DNA from: Endozoicomonadaceae bacterium
Lineage (GTDB): Bacteria; Pseudomonadota; Gammaproteobacteria; Pseudomonadales; Endozoicomonadaceae
NCBI GenBank assembly: GCA_965232215.1
Contig: CBDDPF010000013.1
Span: forward strand, 878,382-902,381
Reading direction: 5' to 3'
DNA length: 24,000 bases
Numbering within the stretch: position 1 is the first letter of the stretch; the number at the start of each line of letters is the position of its first letter. The position numbers and the translations under genes are program-made. Under the pieces are notes generated by a model. That model made no database searches. It was not told the origin of the DNA and saw nothing but the letters and a program-made list of their open reading frames with translations. This document shows, piece after piece, positions 16,650-24,000 of the stretch.

Positions 16650-16866
16650 TCACCCAACCCCGAACGTCCTGTTCCTTAAGCACATCTTTGGAAGGATATC
16701 AAAACGTGCAACAATCTCACTCAGTGGTTGTCTAATCTCCCTTTTGATGGCTGCGAGGGCTAACTGCGACTTGAGCTGTATTATTATTGCCTGCGTTTTT
16801 TGCCATGATGGCGTTATCGAGCTTATTACGAATCAAAGCGCTGTCTGATTTTTGGGGTCTACTTCA
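16650..16866 (-). pseudogene. Second type of IS3-family OrfA remnant (frameshifted) with a possible left IR
   Basis: On the minus strand, MAKNAGNNN.. then a shifted frame QLKSQLALAAIKREIRQPLSEIVARFDILPKMC.. resembles OrfA of the IS2/IS407-like IS3 members (..ELKAQVALAAIKGEKTLAELAQQFDVHPNQI..). Upstream, tgaagtagaccccaaaaatcagaca could be the IRL. It abuts the stop codon of the rhodanese-like gene. Confidence 0.45.
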
Positions 16867-16871
16867 TCCTT

Positions 16872-17339
16872 TTAATCTATGACTGTCACCTGAGGTGGTA
16901 CAGCGTTATCAGATGTTAGCGTTACGGGGTGATCCATTGCCAACCATGAAAAGTAACCATCCCTGAAAAAGAAGACCTGTTTATACCCCCACATGACTGC
17001 CAAATAGCTCGCTATTGCACCACGCATATGATAGGTACTGTTACCATAAATAACGACAGGGGCATTTTTATCCAGCGCACCCGGTATGAACAATTGCTGA
17101 AAACCTTCTCTTAAGTCAAGGTTATGTGCACCATCAACATGCCCCCACTGCCATTGGGAGTGAGACCTGACATCGACAAAAGGCACGCCTAGCTCATGTA
17201 AGAGTTTAGCCTGATGAGTATTGATCGTAATCACCCCTTTGATCGTCATTGGGGCTTCTTCAGCATTAACGGTAACTGACATTAGATAAAATAATAAAGC
17301 GGAAAGCAGGTACGTCCATTTCATAACTTCTACATCCAT
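16872..17339 (-). CDS. Secreted rhodanese-homology-domain protein lacking the catalytic Cys
   Basis: Signal peptide (MKWTYLLSALLFYLMSVTVNA, so the likely start is the ATG at 17324). The rhodanese-fold pattern is ..FVDVRSHSQWQWGHVDGAHNL..APVVIYGNSTYHMRGAIASYLAVMWGYKQVFFFRDGYFSW... The active-site loop position normally C-x5-R reads G-NSTYHM-R. Confidence 0.55.
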   Translation of the reverse strand: MDVEVMKWTYLLSALLFYLMSVTVNAEEAPMTIKGVITINTHQAKLLHELGVPFVDVRSHSQWQWGHVDGAHNLDLREGFQQLFIPGALDKNAPVVIYGNSTYHMRGAIASYLAVMWGYKQVFFFRDGYFSWLAMDHPVTLTSDNAVPPQVTVID

Positions 17340-17483
17340 TGGTTAACTTCACTTCTTCATACCAATAAGTATATGAATGCCTTCCTGTCTGTCTTGGAAT
17401 AATAGGAAGCAAAAATAGCCAGCTTCAAAGCAATGTCATCTAGCCGCACGGCAATTAAATGACACAATCATTACTATTTTAAA

Positions 17484-18206
17484 TTATCTCACCCAACTGT
17501 ACAGTTTTGCTCGTAATCGAACAGCTGCCTGTGAATGAATCTGACTAACTCTTGACTCACTGACACCCAGTACTTTACCAATTTCCTTTAAGTTCATTTC
17601 TTCGTCATAATACAGCATCAAAACCAGTTTTTCTCGTTCGGGTAGTTTATTGATAGCTTCGACCAGCGCCTGGTTAAACCTGTCTTCATGAATATCTGCC
17701 TGAGGCCCTCTATCTCCAGAGCGAGCCTGCATTCTTGATTCTTCACTATCAAATAACTCTTCAAAACTGAATAAACGACAGCCTCGCAAGTCACTTAAAA
17801 TTGTATAATACTCATCAACAGAAACATTTAATTCAGCAGCAACTTCAAAATCACGTGCATCCCTGCCAAGCTTTGCTTCTACTTTCTGTACAGCTTCACT
17901 GATTTTACGGCTATTACGATAAACAGATCGGGGTCCCCAGTCTCCTTTACGAATTTCATCCAGCATAGCACCACGAATACGAATACCAGCAAAAGTATCA
18001 AAACTGGCACCCTTTGTTTCATCATACTTTCTGGCAGCTTCAAGCAAGCCTATCATGCCGGACTGCACCAGATCATCAACCTGCACACTTGCTGGCATTC
18101 TCGCGGCCAAATGATTGGCTATCCGCTTCACCAGTGGCCGATGCTCTTCTATTAATTCATCCTTTATTTTTTCATTTTTTTGCACCGCCTGTGCGAGTAG
18201 TGACAT
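17484..18206 (-). CDS. fliA: Flagellar sigma factor sigma-28 FliA
   Basis: 240 aa with sigma70 regions 2-4 in FliA form (..DDLVQSGMIGLLEAARKYDETKGASFDTFAGIRIRGAMLDEIRKGDWGPRSV.., C-terminal ..NLKEIGKVLGVSESRVSQIHSQA..). It lies directly downstream of fleN/flhG. Confidence 0.9.
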   Translation of the reverse strand: MSLLAQAVQKNEKIKDELIEEHRPLVKRIANHLAARMPASVQVDDLVQSGMIGLLEAARKYDETKGASFDTFAGIRIRGAMLDEIRKGDWGPRSVYRNSRKISEAVQKVEAKLGRDARDFEVAAELNVSVDEYYTILSDLRGCRLFSFEELFDSEESRMQARSGDRGPQADIHEDRFNQALVEAINKLPEREKLVLMLYYDEEMNLKEIGKVLGVSESRVSQIHSQAAVRLRAKLYSWVR

Positions 18207-18208
18207 GG

Positions 18209-19021
18209 CTATGCTCCTTCCTTGACCTTGGTTGGCATAAATATTTCAATACTCCCCCTTGGCATGGGTACTGGAGTTGATGACATTTGATGCGCAAGCC
18301 GCTGAAAAGCACGTGCTGCACGGCAGTCGGGGCAGGCGGTCAGGAGTGCTTGTTGCTGATTAAGGGTATCAGCAACAGCTTTATCAAAAGGTATTGTGCC
18401 TAAAAAGCTCAAAACCATTTGATTTTCATAGTTCAGATAAGATTGCAGACGTTCAAACTGCTCTGAACCCGATTTTTTACTGGACACTGCGTTAACGACA
18501 ATACCAAACCGACGCACACTGTAAACACGATTCAACAAGCGGATCAGGCGTGCACCATCAAGTAGAGAAAGTACATCCTGATTAACAACAATTAATACTT
18601 CACCGGCCGCCTGGATCAGTGTGATATTGTCTGGTGCCATGCCCGGGGCAGTATCAATAATGAGAATATCCAGAGCAGTAGCCAACTCTTCCAGTTTGCT
18701 GATAAGACGCACAGAATCATTAATTTCAATGCTCTGCCGCCATATAGCACCATCCGCTGGAGCAAGAATGTTAACACCACAAGGCCCCTGTAATATCTCT
18801 CCTTCCCAGCGTTTATCCGTGGACTCTGTGCCTGTGGTTGCTACATTGGTGTTGAGGCCAAGGGCTGGGCCAATATCCGGTACCGATAGATTACCATCCA
18901 TGAGAACTACTCGTTGTCCTGATTGAGATAATGCAATTGCAAGGTTCACAGATACAAATGTTTTTCCGACACCTCCCTTACAACCTGCGATAGTGATAAC
19001 ACGCTTTGTTTTTGAAGTCAT
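18209..19021 (-). CDS. fleN: MinD/ParA-type flagellar number regulator FleN (FlhG)
   Basis: Deviant Walker A (GCKGGVGKT). The C-terminal ..PVPMPRGSIEIFM.. parallels the ..PLPANPRGHLEFF.. of Pseudomonas FleN. There is a 2-nt gap to the fliA start codon. Confidence 0.85.
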   Translation of the reverse strand: MTSKTKRVITIAGCKGGVGKTFVSVNLAIALSQSGQRVVLMDGNLSVPDIGPALGLNTNVATTGTESTDKRWEGEILQGPCGVNILAPADGAIWRQSIEINDSVRLISKLEELATALDILIIDTAPGMAPDNITLIQAAGEVLIVVNQDVLSLLDGARLIRLLNRVYSVRRFGIVVNAVSSKKSGSEQFERLQSYLNYENQMVLSFLGTIPFDKAVADTLNQQQALLTACPDCRAARAFQRLAHQMSSTPVPMPRGSIEIFMPTKVKEGA

Positions 19022-19560
19022 AGTTTTATCTTCATTTAATAAAAGGGATTATCACTATTAAGTGTTCAAACTTCGTGCCATTTTTTAAATTATTTTATAT
19101 ATTCCCTTTTCTTTTAGAAAAAAAACAAACGATGTGTAACTTGTTGTTTATAAAATTAATAAAAAAAGATACTCAAAAAATACTTAACAGTTTATTTGAC
19201 AATTTATAAATAAGGATAAAAAAATAAAAAAATATGACACTTTTCTGCTTCATAATTAGCAAATTATTTGACACCAGTACTACATAGTGACAAAAAAATA
19301 CCGACACCTTATTCAAATAGTTGTTGCTAATTTTACTAATACAACAAAAAAATAAAAAACGTCATTTTTTTATTAAAATCAGATGATGCTAATTGGAGTT
19401 TCTAACTGCGGTATAACGATTATAGGAGCCTTATGATATAAAGAATGTTGTCAGAGTCGGAAAATAATATTGGTATAAGTATGAACGGTTTTACAAATAA
19501 AAAATCAGCTAAGTCAGGACTGGTATACGAAGGATGTTTTTTAACTACCGTAATGAAGAT
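19022..19560. other. Very AT-rich non-coding tract with A/T homopolymer runs and short direct repeats
   Basis: There are many runs of 7-8 A or T. ttatttgaca is repeated at about 19192 and 19264, and aaaaaaataaaaaa at about 19216 and 19346. No ORF of 60 aa or more is present. It occupies the position where flhF would normally precede fleN. Confidence 0.4.
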
Positions 19561-19668
19561 GGCGGGCTGAGCAATATGGCGAGTAAAGCCCACTACGACA
19601 GACTCAACGCAAAAATTAGCGTTCAGACTGCCAGCACAGTAGCATAGTTAGAAGGTTTAGAAGATTGA

Positions 19669-19850
19669 GAAGATTTAAGTCCTCAACCACCCAGACGGTG
19701 GGTTGTGGAACGTACATTTGGGTGGCTGAAGCAAAACCGCAGGCTCAGCAAGGATTATGAGGTGCTGCCAGAAACAGCTGAAGCCATAATTCAGCTGGAA
19801 ATGATCCCTATCATGGCTCGCCGACTGGCTTCACAGGGGACTTTTAAGAC
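19669..19850 (+). pseudogene. IS5-family transposase 3-prime remnant, split by the IS256 insertion (continues 21158-21178)
   Basis: It translates ..[54 protein letters not shown], the conserved C-terminus of IS5-type DDE transposases. After removal of the IS256 the ORF ends ..TFKTAF*. Confidence 0.75.
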
Positions 19851-21157
19851 GAGGATGTAATTTAATTTGTGTAAACGCTTGTCGTTAATACTCCAAAGAG
19901 GAGCATAACTATGAGCGTTGAAATCAATGAAAAATTGCTTGGCCAGGTGGTTGGGCAAATCAAAAATCAGGATGACCTTGCCGATCTTAGCCGCCAGCTG
20001 ATCAAAGCGGCTGTTGAGCGTGTTATGGCCGTCGAGCTGGAAGAGCACCTTGGTTATGCCAAACACTCTACCGATGGGCATAACACGGGAAACAGTCGCA
20101 ACGGTTCCAGCAAAAAGACCATCAAAGGTGACTTTGGTGAGCTGGAAATCAATACGCCCCGAGACCGTAATGGCGAATTTGAACCTCAGCTCATTACCAA
20201 AGGGTCGACACGAATCAACAAGCTTGATCAGCAAATTCTGTCCCTCTACTCACGAGGAATGACCACCCGTGATATTGCTGATACGCTTGAGGAAATGTAT
20301 GGTGCTGACATCTCGCCAACCCTCATATCCAAGGTCACTGATGCTGTTCTTGATGAAGTAAAAGCCTGGCAGAACAGACCCCTGGAAAGCCTGTATCCAG
20401 TACTCTATCTTGATGGCATTGTGGTCAAGGTTCACAAAGATAAGCGGGTTATCAAGAAAACTGTTTTTGTCGCTCTGGGCGTTAATTTGGAAGGCCAGAA
20501 GGAGCTTTTAGGTCTTTGGCTTGCAGAAACAGAAGGCGCTACATTTTGGCTGTCGGTGTTAACAGAGCTTCAGAACCGAGGTGTTGAGGATGTGTTTATT
20601 GCCTGCGTGGATGGACTGTCAGGCTTTCCTGAAGCCATCAACACGGCTTTCCCAAAGGCTCAGGTGCAGCTTTGCATTGTCCACCAGGTAAGGAACTCTC
20701 TGAAATACGTGTCCTACAAGGAACGCAAAGCAGTCGCTAATGACCTGAAGAGGATATATCAGTCAGCAACCACTGAAGAAGCAGAAAGGGAGCTGAGCGC
20801 CTTTGAAGGCACGTGGGGAGAGAAGTTTCCTTCCATAGGCAAGTTATGGCGTAAAAACTGGGATAACCTGATTACCCTTTTTGACTATCCTAAGGAGGTC
20901 AGGAAGGCTATTTACACGACGAATGCTATAGAGTCGCTGAACAGCGTCATCCGAAAAGCTATAAAAAACCGGAAAATATTCCCAACGGATGATGCCGTTC
21001 TGAAGGTTATTTTCCTGGCGACAGAAAAGGCGTCGGCTAGATGGACTATGCCAATAAGAGACTGGAAGTCAGCCATGAACCGGTTTGAAATCATGTTTCC
21101 AGACCGGATCAAGGTGTAAACAAGTAATGGCGTTTACACAGAATTATTTACAGGCTC
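19851..21157 (+). mobile_element. IS256-family element (1307 bp) with an 8-bp target-site duplication
   Basis: IRs: gaggatgtaatttaatttgtgtaaacgc (19851-19878) versus the reverse complement of 21130-21157 (gagcctgtaaataattctgtgtaaacgc), 22/28. Direct tttaagac lies at 19843-19850 and 21158-21165. Confidence 0.85.
19911..21119 (+). CDS. IS256-family (mutator-type) transposase (402 aa)
   Basis: Typical motifs: ..GNSRNGSSKKTIKGDFGELEINTPRDRNGEFEPQLI.., LYLDGIVVKV, FIACVDGLSGFPEAINTAFPKAQVQLCIVHQVRNSLKYV, TTNAIESLNSVIRK. Confidence 0.9.
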   Translation: MSVEINEKLLGQVVGQIKNQDDLADLSRQLIKAAVERVMAVELEEHLGYAKHSTDGHNTGNSRNGSSKKTIKGDFGELEINTPRDRNGEFEPQLITKGSTRINKLDQQILSLYSRGMTTRDIADTLEEMYGADISPTLISKVTDAVLDEVKAWQNRPLESLYPVLYLDGIVVKVHKDKRVIKKTVFVALGVNLEGQKELLGLWLAETEGATFWLSVLTELQNRGVEDVFIACVDGLSGFPEAINTAFPKAQVQLCIVHQVRNSLKYVSYKERKAVANDLKRIYQSATTEEAERELSAFEGTWGEKFPSIGKLWRKNWDNLITLFDYPKEVRKAIYTTNAIESLNSVIRKAIKNRKIFPTDDAVLKVIFLATEKASARWTMPIRDWKSAMNRFEIMFPDRIKV

Positions 21158-21338
21158 TTTAAGACTGCTTTTTAGAAGAATTAGAAGAGTTGATTGGTAT
21201 CATAACAGTGGGCAAAATCGACGCTGTCCCAGCGCCTGGAAACCCATAATGCGTCTTGAGTTTTACAGCCCTTGGGTAAAAGGGCTGTGAGGGTGTGAAT
21301 CACAGTTTTACTACTGCTCTGGAGTTGTTCCCCTGGCG

Positions 21339-22802
21339 TTATTCCTTCGCTGCCTCCTCATAGCGGTGCATACAGTACTTCCTCATTTTTTCGACCAGTG
21401 TTGTTCGGCGAATTTTCAACTTATCTGCCGCTCTGGCAACGACGTTGTTGCAATCATTAAGCGCCTGTTGAATCAAGCTTTTCTCCAGGCGAGTTAAAAA
21501 GTCTTTCAGGTCAATGCCTCCTACTGGTAACACCGCAAGGTCATCCACCCTGCCTGTTCCTGCTGGCTGGATACTGTCCGGGAAGAGGTCAGTCACTCCA
21601 TCGTCCCCTTCTTCAGTATCGCTCAGATGATGATAATCTTCGGGTAAATCCTGAGCACCAATTACTCCATAGGGAAACATAATAGCCAAACGTTCCAGAA
21701 GGTTTGCCATTTCTCTGACATTTCCCTGCCACTTATGACGACACAGGGATAAAATAGCTGCTGAGCTGAGACGTATTGAGCCTCTTCCCTGTTTCTCCAT
21801 AGCTCGAATTAACTCATTGATCATTAACGGCACATCTTCCGGACGATCACGCAAGGCAGGCATTTCGATGGGGAACACATTCAAGCGGTAGTATAAATCT
21901 TCTCTGAAGGTGCCTTCAGCTATCATCTGTTCCAAATTTTTGTGTGTTGCTGCTATCACCCGGGTATTAACGCTAATGGATTCACTGCCACCAACACGTT
22001 CAAACACCCTTTCCTGTAAAACTCGCAAGAGTTTGACCTGCATGTGCACTGGCATATCACCAATTTCATCAAGAAATAATGTTCCGCCATGGGCCAGTTC
22101 GAAGCGTCCTTTTCGGCTGGAGACAGCACCAGTGAATGCGCCTTTTTCATGACCAAACAACTCACTTTCCAGCAAGTCTTTAGGAATAGCCCCACAGTTG
22201 ACTGGCACAAAAGACCCTTCATTCCGACTGGAGTGTTGGTGCAGGTTCCTCGCAACAACCTCCTTACCCGTACCAGACTCCCCTGTAATCAACACATTGA
22301 CATCTTTATCGGCTACCTGCGCCATGGCCGCGCGGACATGGCGAATTTTTTCCCCTTTGCCCACCAACCCCCGAAATAACTCAACCTGGGGGGTCGTGCC
22401 CGCCTGCTGGGTTTGCCGCCATTGCTCCCGGTATACCTGGCCAAAATGCAGTGCCGACATTAACGACGACTTTGAGCAGGGCCAGTCAATACGAGTGATA
22501 ATCTGACGTTTAAACGCCGCCTGTAACGTATCAGGCACGGGTTCATCCACCCGCACGGCAGGAATTCCTGCACTCCAGCGTTGCACTCTCACCAGCAATG
22601 CCTGCAGAGACCGTTCAGCCTCCAGGTGCTCGCCGAGAAAAATAGCACAGAAATGCTCAGCCGGATGCATCTTCACGGCTTCTTCCCAGAAGCGCGAGGC
22701 TGTAGCGACAGGTCTGTACCCCATGAATTGAAGTACGATGCTGAGATCATGGCGGCGCTGTTGCGCATCATCAATGATCAGTACCAGATTAGCTATCTCC
22801 AT
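21339..22802 (-). CDS. fleQ: Sigma54-dependent flagellar master regulator FleQ (FlrA-type enhancer-binding protein)
   Basis: FleQ-type N-terminal domain (..LHFGQVYREQW.. parallels Pseudomonas ..LHRAQVYREMY..). AAA+ sigma54 interaction domain (GESGTGKEVVARNLH, GAFTGA, GGTLFLDEIGDM, REDLYYRLNVFPIEMPALRDR). C-terminal Fis-type HTH. Confidence 0.85.
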   Translation of the reverse strand: MEIANLVLIIDDAQQRRHDLSIVLQFMGYRPVATASRFWEEAVKMHPAEHFCAIFLGEHLEAERSLQALLVRVQRWSAGIPAVRVDEPVPDTLQAAFKRQIITRIDWPCSKSSLMSALHFGQVYREQWRQTQQAGTTPQVELFRGLVGKGEKIRHVRAAMAQVADKDVNVLITGESGTGKEVVARNLHQHSSRNEGSFVPVNCGAIPKDLLESELFGHEKGAFTGAVSSRKGRFELAHGGTLFLDEIGDMPVHMQVKLLRVLQERVFERVGGSESISVNTRVIAATHKNLEQMIAEGTFREDLYYRLNVFPIEMPALRDRPEDVPLMINELIRAMEKQGRGSIRLSSAAILSLCRHKWQGNVREMANLLERLAIMFPYGVIGAQDLPEDYHHLSDTEEGDDGVTDLFPDSIQPAGTGRVDDLAVLPVGGIDLKDFLTRLEKSLIQQALNDCNNVVARAADKLKIRRTTLVEKMRKYCMHRYEEAAKE

Positions 22803-22882
22803 ATGACGACGGTCCTTGTCATCAAGTCAAAAAAACAACATAACGACACAATATTTGGAAATTAATACACCCTTGTTTATTC

Positions 22883-22911
22883 ATTAAAGGTATAAAAATC
22901 CATTTCGTCAA
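22883..22911 (-). promoter_or_regulatory. Candidate sigma70 promoter for fleQ
   Basis: On the minus strand, ttgacg (22911-22906), a 17-nt spacer, then tttaat (22888-22883), about 80 nt upstream of the fleQ ATG. Based on pattern match only. Confidence 0.3.
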
Positions 22912-23016
22912 ATTTCCCGTTTTTTTATTCATCACATGGAAAAATCTATCAGGCTTCCCACGAGTTTGACATTTTGTTTTATGCCTTTCACCAAAGGTAA
23001 AAGGCGCTACCACCAC

Positions 23017-24000
23017 TTAAACCTCTATGATATCTGCCCATAATTTTCTCAAACGCTTATCTGATACAGGAAAATACGTTCCTAATTGTTGTGCAAACAA
23101 CGAAACCCGATACTCCTCCAGCATCCAACGGTAATGTGTCAGGTTTTCATCAAAGATTTTATGCGTTTTGTGGGCATCCAAACGATGCACATACCCTGTA
23201 TACAACGTATTTAATTCTTCTGCCCAGGCTCTGTCCTGGTTGACCTTCGCGGGGAGTTTATCCAGCCGCATCTCAATAGCTTTCAGGTATCGTGGATAGT
23301 GCACCAGCCATTTCATCCCGGTTTGCTGCAGAAAGCCCTTATAGATCAATAGACTCAGGTGCTGCTTGATATCCGACAATGAGAATGCACGGTCAAACGG
23401 GATATTTCTTGCCTTCAACTGCCGGGAAATATTCTGTGCAGTCTTAAAAAGATTATTCAGCAGCGGATCGACTTTCTCTGCCAGAGGTACAATCTCAGCT
23501 TTGTAACGTTCAATCAATGCATCAAAGGCCGCTTTACTGTCAGGCCTCACCGGCTCAGTCAGGAAGGTTTCAGCAACAAGAAAACAGAGCAAGTCATCCT
23601 CTAGCACCTTGTGATTGACCAGGTTTGTCGCTAACAACTGGGTTTGCTTAAACTGTTGCATGTTGCAAAGGGCAAACTTCAACTGGCTGTCAAGCTTGAA
23701 AAGCAGCAGCCTTACCAGTCCGGCCCGATGCTCAAATGCTGCCATAGCTTCATTGTCAAAGAGCTTAACAGCAGCCGAGTCCCCCTGATCAACGAGAGCT
23801 GGATACACTTTCAGCATCAGCCCCCCATAGTTTCGGGTTATTTCCGGAGGTAATTCACCACATGTCCAATCTTTTAGTCCCGTTTGTTCTAAAAGGTCTG
23901 ACCGCTCTGACCGCAAACTCTCTTCAGCTAACTGACCAAAGCGTGCCTTGAGCGCTACAAGGTCACGCCCTTGTCCGAGCATATGGCCAGAGGCATCAAC
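23017..24000 (-). CDS. hrpA: ATP-dependent RNA helicase HrpA, C-terminal (DUF3418) region; partial, continues beyond the window
   Basis: The frame is open from the window edge (VDASGHMLGQGRDL..). It ends ..LGTYFPVSDKRLRKLWADIIEV, similar to the E. coli HrpA C-terminus (..YPISDKR..), and the length and composition fit the HrpA C-terminal extension. Confidence 0.7.
   Translation of the reverse strand, partial: VDASGHMLGQGRDLVALKARFGQLAEESLRSERSDLLEQTGLKDWTCGELPPEITRNYGGLMLKVYPALVDQGDSAAVKLFDNEAMAAFEHRAGLVRLLLFKLDSQLKFALCNMQQFKQTQLLATNLVNHKVLEDDLLCFLVAETFLTEPVRPDSKAAFDALIERYKAEIVPLAEKVDPLLNNLFKTAQNISRQLKARNIPFDRAFSLSDIKQHLSLLIYKGFLQQTGMKWLVHYPRYLKAIEMRLDKLPAKVNQDRAWAEELNTLYTGYVHRLDAHKTHKIFDENLTHYRWMLEEYRVSLFAQQLGTYFPVSDKRLRKLWADIIEV

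Noticed and set aside
16642-16848. 68-aa plus-strand ORF
   Set aside because: The opposite strand carries a frameshifted IS3-type OrfA remnant (..KSQLALAAIKREIRQPLSEIVARFD..), so the plus-strand ORF is antisense noise.
19791-20234. 147-aa minus-strand ORF, plus 20250-20435 and 20912-21112
   Set aside because: They are antisense to the IS256 transposase gene and to the IS5 remnant.
21265-21288. Hairpin acagccctt/aagggctgt as the fleQ rho-independent terminator
   Set aside because: It is a good 9-bp stem, but no U-tract follows it on the minus strand (it is followed by aaaactc). At best it is a weak or RNA-stability structure.
21910-22506. Several 80-102-aa ORFs on both strands inside fleQ
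   Set aside because: They are alternative frames of a well-supported sigma54-activator gene.
22822-23016. 64-aa minus-strand ORF between hrpA and fleQ
   Set aside because: It fills the fleQ promoter region and has no RBS or domain features. A regulatory intergenic region is the more likely interpretation.
1-24000. A CRISPR array, tRNA, rRNA or defence-system operon
   Set aside because: No regularly spaced short direct repeats were seen, nor any cloverleaf-like or rRNA-like sequence. All long repeats are accounted for by IS copies, and no non-IS multi-gene operon of unknown function is present.

Overview
About 65% of this 24-kb window is insertion-sequence (IS) DNA, often nested, with five small islands of intact host genes between the IS blocks. 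The host looks gammaproteobacterial. The host islands are:
- a PilZ-domain protein (458-829)
- a translationally coupled cytochrome b562 / membrane cytochrome b pair (9190-10108)
- a secreted rhodanese-like protein (16872-17339)
- the flagellar regulators fleN(flhG)-fliA (17484-19021) and fleQ (21339-22802)
- the 3-prime end of hrpA (23017-24000)

The mobile DNA comes from at least nine IS lineages:
- degenerate IS3-family remnants
- two IS4/IS1634-like copies
- two copies of a 1721-bp IS5/IS1182-like element
- an intact IS110-family element plus a second IS110-family remnant
- two unrelated IS630-family elements
- IS66
- IS256
- an IS5-family 3-prime remnant
- MITE/REP-like repeats

Several nested insertions can be proven from the sequence itself through target-site duplications, restored reading frames, or comparison of sister copies.

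The most interesting item is the intact IS110-family element (7437-8694). Its 190-bp non-coding left end looks like a programmable bridge (guide) RNA. It contains a 9-nt copy of the flanking target and an 8-nt copy of the element's own right end. Joining the two element ends would create a near-consensus sigma70 promoter aimed at this RNA.

Other notable points are a conserved A AAA AAG -1 frameshift site in the IS5/IS1182-like transposase, an IS630-like element with perfect 130-bp terminal inverted repeats that include the transposase start, and a flagellar regulator trio left without the structural genes normally lying between them. No CRISPR array, tRNA or rRNA was seen. IS family assignments rest on recognised motifs, not on searches.
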